Shown: positions 38,765 to 45,897 of the stretch, in pieces
How the letters are laid out: each line of letters starts with the position of its first letter
Position numbering within the stretch: the first letter of the stretch is position 1
Assembly (NCBI GenBank): GCA_045637825.1
Contig: JAZUAD010000021.1
Span: 84 to 64,083 of the forward strand
Origin: Candidatus Onthoplasma sp.
Lineage (GTDB): Bacteria > Bacillota > Clostridia > Christensenellales > UBA1242
Direction: 5' to 3'
DNA: 64,000 bases
Program-made: the position numbers and the translations under genes
The notes under the pieces: generated by a model
What the model was told of the DNA's origin: nothing
The model's input: the letters and a program-made list of their open reading frames with translations, nothing else
The model's database searches: none

Positions 38765-38893
38765 TGGGTGGTCCAATCGACAGGATTACTATTGACCTTC
38801 ATTAGTGTTGGCTCAACAAGTTTGCTAGTATTTATGAGTGTAATAGGGGTTGTACTAAATGTTGATAGACAAAGTAGGAAAAGTAAGATTTAA
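38755..38893 (+). pseudogene. Displaced ftsW 3'-end fragment, copy 3 (most degenerate; overlaps the stop of cargo 3)
   Basis: Encodes VVQSTGLLLTFISVGSTSLLVFMSVIGVVLNVDRQSRKSKI*, against native VVSGSIPPTGLPLPFISAGSTS... It has a ~4-codon deletion and several replacements. Confidence 0.7.
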
Positions 38894-38904
38894 AAAATGT
38901 AAAC

Positions 38905-38937
38905 AAAATGTATGCGTATTGTATACATTTTTTTGTT
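38905..38937 (+). terminator. Hairpin terminator of cassette module, copy 3
   Basis: Arms aaaatgtatgc/gtatacatttt (one G-U pair), 5-nt loop, T-run. Confidence 0.55.
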
Positions 38938-38941
38938 TATA

Positions 38942-38950
38942 TGATATAAT
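38942..38950 (+). promoter_or_regulatory. Extended -10 promoter TGATATAAT upstream of the dual-HEPN gene
   Basis: TGnTATAAT directly after the T-run. A second TGTATAAT lies near 39026. Confidence 0.4.
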
Positions 38951-39056
38951 ATAAATTATTAATAATTAATTATTACATTTTTATAAAATAATGATTATTA
39001 ATATAAGCTATATAACTTTTGGTGTTGTATAATATTTATGTGATGGAGATTATTTT

Positions 39057-40589
39057 ATGGATGCAAACAAACTATTAGAAATTGCAGATAAAACTAAAAT
39101 GTTTGTTAAAGAATTAAACAATGCAAACAAAAAAATTGAGTTATTTAATACTCAAGAATATATGAATGAAATAATGCAATATAAAACCTATGAAGCAAGA
39201 AGTTCTTTTTTAAAAAGGGCTTTGAGAAAAGTATATAAAGAAGTATATAATGTTGTACATAATTTTACAAAACAGGACTCGATAGAAGTATTGTTGCCAT
39301 TATCGCTAAATTGCTACAATCAAGATTGGGATTATGTTACCAAGGCAATACAAGATAGATATAATGATCCTAATGATTTTATACATAGCATAACTAATGG
39401 AGATGGAGAGAACAGGTCAATTGAAGATATAATACAAGTAAAAAGTTGGGGACATATTCGTCCTAAATATGATGTAAATTTTTTTATAAAAGTAAGAAAT
39501 GGTTTGTCACACTCCAAGTTTGATTATGATGAAGAAAACAACAAGTTAATTATTAATATGTATCAAGGAACGTTTGTTGTTGAGTTTGATATGTACTTTA
39601 TGCACTGGTTTCCTATTAATATATGGCGAATGAGCGAACAATCGTCTTCGATAAATTCGGAACAAAGACTCTTGTTAATCAATAACTTACCTTGCAAAAC
39701 TGCTTATTCAGTATTAGTAAAAAATACTAATAGAGAATTAACCAATGCAATAAAAAGGAAATTTAGAAATGCGGGTGTTAATGCCTCGCTTAAACAATAT
39801 ATAGAAAATATTAAAACAACGTTAGATGCAGACCCAAATATAACTTTAGTAGATAAGATAGAGATATTGACTCCACTTTTATCGGTTGATGATATGTCAA
39901 AAGAATTAACTGAAAGTCAAGCAGATGCCATAGTTACGATATTTGAATATTTGGGCTTGACTGTAGAAGAGAACCAAAAGGTTGAATTATATCAACTGCT
40001 AGGAAAAGATAACGTATTATTAACTTTTTTATTAAACGATATGATGGTATCTAAAGAGATTGCTGAAGATGATAAGCGCATTATGTTATCTAGAGGAGTT
40101 GCAACCAAAATAGATAAGCAAAGCAAAAATATTAGACCATATCAATATTTATTTGGATTAATGACATTATGTGAAGATGTAAGTGAAAGTAAATTTAATT
40201 CTAACATAAAGCAATCTCCAATCCCTTATATTATGGACGAGCTTTGTACATTTGCAGATATTGCTTATTTTAATTATGTATTTAATTATTTGGCACAAAA
40301 ACTAGAACAACCTCAAGAATTAGCATCACTACCAGCTACCGATTATTTTAAAGAAAATAGTTATACAAGTGGCAAAAGTATATCTGATACATTTTACTAT
40401 ATAAGGAATTGTGTTGTACATCCTAATAGAGTAATAAAGGTTAAAGATGTGTATATACTAACAGATTATGAACGAGATGGATCTTTAGTTTTTTCTGCTG
40501 AAATTGAGTGTGATAAGTTTTTTGAACTTGCTAATTTAGTTGTTTTCAAAATGAAGGAACATAACATAACTTTAAACAACACAAATTAA
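39057..40589 (+). CDS. 510-aa protein with two RNxxxH (Rx4H, HEPN-type) motifs; candidate single-chain dual-HEPN RNase
   Basis: R147-N-G-L-S-H152 (nt 39495-39512) and R450-N-C-V-V-H455 (nt 40404-40421). Each motif sits at the end of a predicted helical stretch and is followed by a similar beta-like segment. RBS ggaga. No signal peptide or TM helix. Confidence 0.55.
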   Translation: MDANKLLEIADKTKMFVKELNNANKKIELFNTQEYMNEIMQYKTYEARSSFLKRALRKVYKEVYNVVHNFTKQDSIEVLLPLSLNCYNQDWDYVTKAIQDRYNDPNDFIHSITNGDGENRSIEDIIQVKSWGHIRPKYDVNFFIKVRNGLSHSKFDYDEENNKLIINMYQGTFVVEFDMYFMHWFPINIWRMSEQSSSINSEQRLLLINNLPCKTAYSVLVKNTNRELTNAIKRKFRNAGVNASLKQYIENIKTTLDADPNITLVDKIEILTPLLSVDDMSKELTESQADAIVTIFEYLGLTVEENQKVELYQLLGKDNVLLTFLLNDMMVSKEIAEDDKRIMLSRGVATKIDKQSKNIRPYQYLFGLMTLCEDVSESKFNSNIKQSPIPYIMDELCTFADIAYFNYVFNYLAQKLEQPQELASLPATDYFKENSYTSGKSISDTFYYIRNCVVHPNRVIKVKDVYILTDYERDGSLVFSAEIECDKFFELANLVVFKMKEHNITLNNTN

Positions 40590-40632
40590 TAATGACTTTA
40601 ACGTAAAAAGTAAATGTATCATATACTAGATT

Positions 40633-41895
40633 ATGAATACATATAATGATAAATTTATAATAGTTGGTGGTAACGAACTTGAGGGTGAGGTTATTATCCA
40701 AACCAGTAAAAACGCAGTTTTACCTATACTGGCGGGCAGTATACTCTGTGATAAACCAATGGTTATTAAAAATGTACCTAACCTATTAGATGTAAGTAAT
40801 ATGTTTGCTATTTTACGCAATCTTGGAGTAAAGCTGGATTATTTTAATAAAGACTGCTATATAGATGCAAGTAATATAAACAGTACTATGCTTAATCAAG
40901 AATTATGTAAAACATTGCGTTCATCAATATTTTTGCTAGGTCCTTTATTAGCAAGGTTTAAAAAGGCAATTATTTCTTATCCCGGAGGGTGTGATATTGG
41001 TAATAGGCCTATAGATTTACATTTAGGAGGGCTACAAAAACTAGGAGTTAAAATAACCAATCGACATAGTCTTATATATTGCGATGCTAAAGATATGAAA
41101 AGTGGGGTAGTTCAATTAGATTTTCCGAGTGTTGGTGCTACTGAAAATCTTATGATGAGTGCGGTGTTTTTAAATGGAACTACACGTCTTATTAATGTTG
41201 CCAAAGAACCAGAGATAGTTGACCTGCAAAATTTTTTAAATAGTATGGGGGCAGATATTTCAGGCGCTGGCTCCTCAGAGATTACTATTAATGGTGTAAA
41301 TACTTTACATACTACACAATATACGCCAATAAGCGATAGAATTGTAGAAGGAACGCTTATGCTTGCTACTGCAATTTGTGGTGGAAGGGTTTGTTTAAAA
41401 AACACAAATTTTAAAAATAATCAAAGTTTAATTGCAAAACTTTCGTCAGTTGGTTGCCAAATAGATACTAAAAATGATATAATACATATAACTTCAAAGG
41501 GACGGCTTCCATCTATTGATTTGATAGACACTCAAGTATATCCAGGATTTCCTACAGATTTGCAGGCCCAAATGATGGCTCTTCAAACGGTTAGTGAAGG
41601 TGTTAGTGTTATGTGCGAAAATGTGTTTGAAAATCGTTATAAGCACGCTAAAGAGTTGATTAAAATGGGTTCAGATATAATTCTTCGTGACCGGGTGGCT
41701 GTTGTTAAGGGTGTGAGTGAACTTGCAGGTGCTCCTGTAGATGCTAGCGATTTACGTGCTGGTGCGGGCTTGGTGCTAGCGGGCTTAAAAGCAAAAGGTT
41801 ACACCACAATCAATAATATCTATCATATTGATAGGGGTTATGAAAACTTTGAAAATATATTAACAAGTTTAGGTGCAGATATTAAAAGATTATGA
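40633..41895 (+). CDS. murA: UDP-N-acetylglucosamine 1-carboxyvinyltransferase
   Basis: N-terminus FIIVGGNELEGEV, and active-site Cys in YPGGCDIGNRPIDLH. Confidence 0.93.
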   Translation: MNTYNDKFIIVGGNELEGEVIIQTSKNAVLPILAGSILCDKPMVIKNVPNLLDVSNMFAILRNLGVKLDYFNKDCYIDASNINSTMLNQELCKTLRSSIFLLGPLLARFKKAIISYPGGCDIGNRPIDLHLGGLQKLGVKITNRHSLIYCDAKDMKSGVVQLDFPSVGATENLMMSAVFLNGTTRLINVAKEPEIVDLQNFLNSMGADISGAGSSEITINGVNTLHTTQYTPISDRIVEGTLMLATAICGGRVCLKNTNFKNNQSLIAKLSSVGCQIDTKNDIIHITSKGRLPSIDLIDTQVYPGFPTDLQAQMMALQTVSEGVSVMCENVFENRYKHAKELIKMGSDIILRDRVAVVKGVSELAGAPVDASDLRAGAGLVLAGLKAKGYTTINNIYHIDRGYENFENILTSLGADIKRL

Positions 41896-42773
41896 CTAAG
41901 CGAGCAGTTATTATCATCACTAGTATATTGGTGGCAATAGTTACAGTTTTAACCATATTATTGGGGTTTGTTTTTCGTGTGCGCAAAATTGAACTATTGT
42001 ATGACCAAGACTTTTGCTATATAGGCGAAGTAGATATGGTTAAAGAAAGTGGTAAATTAAAGAAAAATACTAGCATTTTTGCAGTTGAACGTGATATTAT
42101 TAAAAATAATATTGAAAAAGCATATCCTTATGCTCGTGTAAGGATTAATATTTCTAGTATGACTAGCGTTAAAATTACTCTTTCGAATCGTGAGCCATTG
42201 TATTATATTGCACACGAAATTTCACACGAAATAGTTTATTATATTTTAGATGAAGATTGTAAAATTTTGGAAATTACAACTGATGAAAATAAGGCAACGC
42301 AATATATATTGCTAGATGATGTGTTTAGCGTAACTGAGCAAACTGAGGTTGGCGAATTTTTGGATAATAAATATACTGAGGTTTGCACAAGTTTATATAA
42401 GGCATTATATTCAAATGCTGTATTAAATATTGGTGAAGATAGCGATAGTGATGGGTTTGCTGATGAAAAATATTTAGAACGACAAGATATGTATGAGATT
42501 ATCCAAAGCGTTAAATTTGTTCCAGAAAATGAACTAGGTGGCAAAAAAGACAAGTTGGTTATTAATACTGATGCTAGTAATGGATATGGAGTAAAACTAA
42601 CTATAATTGAACCACAAAAAGATTTGGATAATAAAATAAATAGGGCATTTTCGGCAATGCGCACTTTAATAAACTTGGGTGAGCAAGATAAATATACTAC
42701 AGGTTCAATTAATGTTGATTATGATTATGATAGTGATGGAAAAATAGTTTTAGTGTGCAATTATAGCAAATAA
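41892..42773 (+). CDS. ftsQ: Bitopic membrane protein in the FtsQ/DivIB position
   Basis: N-terminal TM helix, POTRA-like segment (VRKIELLYDQDF...). Start overlaps the murA stop (ATGA). Synteny with ftsA-ftsZ. Confidence 0.5.
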   Translation: MTKRAVIIITSILVAIVTVLTILLGFVFRVRKIELLYDQDFCYIGEVDMVKESGKLKKNTSIFAVERDIIKNNIEKAYPYARVRINISSMTSVKITLSNREPLYYIAHEISHEIVYYILDEDCKILEITTDENKATQYILLDDVFSVTEQTEVGEFLDNKYTEVCTSLYKALYSNAVLNIGEDSDSDGFADEKYLERQDMYEIIQSVKFVPENELGGKKDKLVINTDASNGYGVKLTIIEPQKDLDNKINRAFSAMRTLINLGEQDKYTTGSINVDYDYDSDGKIVLVCNYSK

Positions 42774-42907
42774 TTGTTAAAAAACAGTAAAAATATAACA
42801 AAATTTACTTAAATAACTTAAAAAAATATATAAAAAAGGCAAAAAGTGTTTGACTTGCCTTTTTTAAATGATATATAATATATTATATATTACTTAGGAA
42901 GGAAGTT

Positions 42908-44017
42908 ATGAAGAATTTAACATATGTGCTAGACATTGGTTCTTCTAAAATTAGTTTGCTTGCTTGCAATGTAAATAAAAAGAAATCGCTTATAGTTACT
43001 AGCATCAATCACGAATATGATGGGTTTATGGACGGTGAGTTTTTTTCGACTGACCAGGTAAAAGTAGTTATTGGCGAATTGCTTACCGAAATGAGGGACA
43101 GAATTAATAAACCTATAAATAGCGTTTATATCGGCGTTCCTAGTGAATTTAGTGCGTGTGTATGCAAAAGGGTTACTCGAAATTTTGTTCCTGCACAAAA
43201 ACTTGATGAAAACACGTTAAAAGAAATGTTTGATGGCGTTAATGAATTTGGGCAAAAGGATAATTACGTTGTAACAAGCTTTAGTCCATTGCAATATGAG
43301 TTGGACGGGGCGGTAGTTAGTACTTTAACCAATAAGCGTGTAAGTCAATTTGTTATGGACTGTAGTTATATTCTAGTAAAAAAACAATTTATTGAACTTA
43401 TGCAACAAATATTTAATGACTACAATATAAAGGATGTAGATTTTGTGTCTACAGCGTTAGCGCAAGCGCAATTTGTAAGACAACAAGTGGACACCGACTT
43501 GCAACCAATAATTGTTGTAGATATTGGTCATATTACTACCAGCGTAGCGGTAAGTAAGGGCGAGGGGTTGATGATGCTTAGTTCGTTTTCATTAGGCGGT
43601 GGGCATATTACGGCTGACCTAATGCAAGTAAATAACCTAAATTATTGGGAAGCGGAAAAAATTAAACGTAAAGTTTGCTTGACTATCCAAAGTAAGAAAG
43701 ATGATAAATATATTGTTTACGATAAAAATGGCAAAAAGTTAAAGGCAATAATTAATATTACAAATGATATTGTTAAAGCAAGAATTGAAAATATTGCTGA
43801 AGTGTTAAACCGAGTGTTAAATTTTAACAAAGCATTTAATAATCTTCCAATATATTTAACGGGCGACGGGATATGTAATTTTAGGGGAGTGGTAAATATA
43901 TTTGAGGCAGTGTGCAATAGAAAAATACATATTTTAAAAAGTCCTTTGTATAACGGAGAGGATAAATATCAAACTTCAAAAATTAGTTTGGCAAATATTA
44001 TAGGGGATTTAGTATAG
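42908..44017 (+). CDS. ftsA: Cell division protein FtsA (actin-like ATPase), short form without an obvious C-terminal amphipathic helix
   Basis: Motifs LDIGSSKISL, VVDIGHITTSV, GGGHITADL. Immediately upstream of ftsZ. Confidence 0.75.
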   Translation: MKNLTYVLDIGSSKISLLACNVNKKKSLIVTSINHEYDGFMDGEFFSTDQVKVVIGELLTEMRDRINKPINSVYIGVPSEFSACVCKRVTRNFVPAQKLDENTLKEMFDGVNEFGQKDNYVVTSFSPLQYELDGAVVSTLTNKRVSQFVMDCSYILVKKQFIELMQQIFNDYNIKDVDFVSTALAQAQFVRQQVDTDLQPIIVVDIGHITTSVAVSKGEGLMMLSSFSLGGGHITADLMQVNNLNYWEAEKIKRKVCLTIQSKKDDKYIVYDKNGKKLKAIINITNDIVKARIENIAEVLNRVLNFNKAFNNLPIYLTGDGICNFRGVVNIFEAVCNRKIHILKSPLYNGEDKYQTSKISLANIIGDLV

Positions 44018-44026
44018 GAGGTAAAA

Positions 44027-45250
44027 ATGGAAAATTATCATAATAATGTGTGCAATATCAAGGTAATAGGTGTTGGTGGTGCTGGTAATAATGCAGTTAA
44101 CCGTATGATAGAGGCAGGAATTACAAGTGCATATTTTGTGGCTGTTAATACTGACCAACAAGTACTTAATATGAGCAAGGCAGATAGGACTATTACTTTA
44201 GGACGTAAGGTAACCAGGGGCTTGGGTGCTGGTGCGAAGCCAGAAATTGGACATGCGGCTGCTGAGGAAAGCGAACAAGAAATTAGAGATATGCTAGAAG
44301 GCAGTAATCTTGTATTTATTACTTGTGGTTTGGGTGGAGGAACAGGTACAGGTGCGGCGCCAGTAATTGCCAGAATTGCTAAGGAAATGGGCATTTTGAC
44401 TGTAGGTGTTGTAACTAAACCTTTTGCATTTGAAGGTAAAACCAGACAATCTAATACAGAAAGAGGTTTAAATGAATTAAAACAGCACGTAGATACTTTA
44501 GTAATAATACCTAACGAAAAATTATATAAAATATTGAAAAAGGATATTTCATTGGTAGATGCTTTTAGATATGCAGATGATGTGTTGCGTCAAGGTATTC
44601 AAGGAGTAAGTGAATTAATTGTAAAACCTAGTTTGATTAATCTAGACTTTGCCGATGTTAGTACTATTATGAAAGATAAAGGTTTGGCACACATGGGAAT
44701 AGGTAAAGGTCGTGGCGAATACAAGACTATGGAAGCGGTGCGTCAAGCAGTTACTAGTCAACTACTTGAAACCTCTATCGAGGGTGCAACAGGAATATTA
44801 ATCAATATTACTGGTGGCAGAGATTTGTCGCTTGCTGAAATATATGAAGCGGTTGATTTGGTTAGAGATGTTGTAGATAGTGATTGTAATATAATATTTG
44901 GTGCAACAATTGATGAAAATTTAAAAGATGAAGTGCAAGTAACTGTTATAGCAACTGGTTTTGATATGAAAGATAAACCAAAGGAAACTATTCCAACACC
45001 TACAATGACATATTCTCCAGTAGATCCTATTAATCCTGTTCAAGAACCTGAGCAAGAATTAGATGAGTTAGATGAAGATGTCTTGGAAGAATATGAGGAA
45101 GCAGAAGAGGAAGATGATGAGGACGACGATTATGAAGATGAATATGCTGAACAAGAACAAGCGCCTCAAGTGGAAGATATAACTTTTAATAGTAAAATTG
45201 ATTTAGGAGATACTTCAATTCCTCCATTCTTGCGTAAATTGAAAAAGTAG
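44027..45250 (+). CDS. ftsZ: Cell division protein FtsZ
   Basis: Motifs GVGGAGNNAVNRM, GGGTGTGAAPV, NLDFADV. Acidic linker, then the conserved C-terminal peptide IPPFLRKLKK. Confidence 0.97.
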   Translation: MENYHNNVCNIKVIGVGGAGNNAVNRMIEAGITSAYFVAVNTDQQVLNMSKADRTITLGRKVTRGLGAGAKPEIGHAAAEESEQEIRDMLEGSNLVFITCGLGGGTGTGAAPVIARIAKEMGILTVGVVTKPFAFEGKTRQSNTERGLNELKQHVDTLVIIPNEKLYKILKKDISLVDAFRYADDVLRQGIQGVSELIVKPSLINLDFADVSTIMKDKGLAHMGIGKGRGEYKTMEAVRQAVTSQLLETSIEGATGILINITGGRDLSLAEIYEAVDLVRDVVDSDCNIIFGATIDENLKDEVQVTVIATGFDMKDKPKETIPTPTMTYSPVDPINPVQEPEQELDELDEDVLEEYEEAEEEDDEDDDYEDEYAEQEQAPQVEDITFNSKIDLGDTSIPPFLRKLKK

Positions 45251-45464
45251 TACAACAATGGCTAAAAACAAGCGAACTTAATAGTTTTGCTTGTTTTTAG
45301 TTGTAATTTTAAGTTTTTTAGTTAATGTAATTAGGTAAAAAGGTATAAAATTTATACAAAATTCAACAAATTTTAAAAAAAATTAAACAATTTTGCAAAA
45401 TCACTTGTTTTTTTAAAATATATGTTGTATAATAACAAAGTCACGCAATGTAAAGGTGTGATAT

Positions 45465-45540
45465 GATCCATTAGCTCAGTTGGTAGAGCACATGACTTTT
45501 AATCATGGTGTCCCGGGTTCAAGTCCCGGATGGGTCACCA
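45465..45540 (+). tRNA. tRNA-Lys (anticodon UUU), CCA encoded
   Basis: Manual cloverleaf: acceptor gatccat/atgggtc (one G-U pair), anticodon stem catga/tcatg, loop cTTTTaa, T-loop ttcaagt. Confidence 0.9.
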
Positions 45541-45543
45541 AAT

Positions 45544-45626
45544 GCGGATGTGGCGAAATTGGCAGACGCGCTAGACTTAGGATCTAGTGGGCGACCGTGG
45601 GGGTTCAAGTCCCTTCATCCGCACCA
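45544..45626 (+). tRNA. tRNA-Leu (anticodon UAG), long variable arm, CCA encoded
   Basis: Acceptor gcggatg/catccgc, anticodon stem ctaga/tctag, loop ctTAGga. Confidence 0.9.
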
Positions 45627-45701
45627 AGGGGTATCGCCAAGCGGTAAGGCACAAGACTTTGACTCTTGCACGCGGTAGTTCGAATCTACCTACCCCTGCC
45701 A
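45627..45701 (+). tRNA. tRNA-Gln (anticodon UUG), CCA encoded
   Basis: Acceptor aggggta/tacccct, anticodon stem caaga/tcttg, loop ctTTGac, T-loop ttcgaat. Terminator hairpin ataagc../gcttat plus a T-run follows. Confidence 0.88.
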
Positions 45702-45897
45702 AATATAAGCTCTAGTTATCTGGGGCTTATTTTTTTGCAAATTTTTATTATAAAATATGTCAAATTTAACTCTATAATTTATGAGTTTGTACTAAATTAA
45801 TAAAGTATTATTAATAATTAAATATATTTATATAAAATAGTTTGACAATTATGTTTTGTTTTTGATATCATATAATAAAGCAAAAGGGGAAATTGAT

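Larger units (their letters stand above)
36433..38893 (+). mobile_element. Array of three single-gene mini-cassettes, each ending in a displaced ftsW 3'-end fragment (putative integrative cassettes; no recombinase seen)
   Basis: The unit [ftsW 3' end ~130 nt, hairpin terminator, TGnTATAAT, RBS, cargo] repeats, and the cargo-to-fragment junctions are conserved. See findings. Confidence 0.5.

Noticed and set aside
37214-38893. ftsW fragments as silent cassettes for programmed C-terminal variation of FtsW (pilS-like gene conversion or shufflon)
   Set aside because: The fragments encode essentially the same peptide as the live gene end, so swapping would not create diversity. They are separated by expressed cargo genes with their own promoters, and no inverted-repeat or invertase signature is present.
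36296-38893. Simple local tandem duplication (replication slippage) as the origin of the repeated ftsW ends
   Set aside because: The copies differ at about half of the synonymous positions while preserving the peptide, and the intervening genes are unrelated to one another. This is inconsistent with recent in situ duplication.
36433-40600. Prophage, ICE or IS element
   Set aside because: No integrase, transposase, relaxase, or capsid, portal or terminase-like ORF is present. No terminal inverted repeats were found, and the units are only 0.5-1.8 kb.
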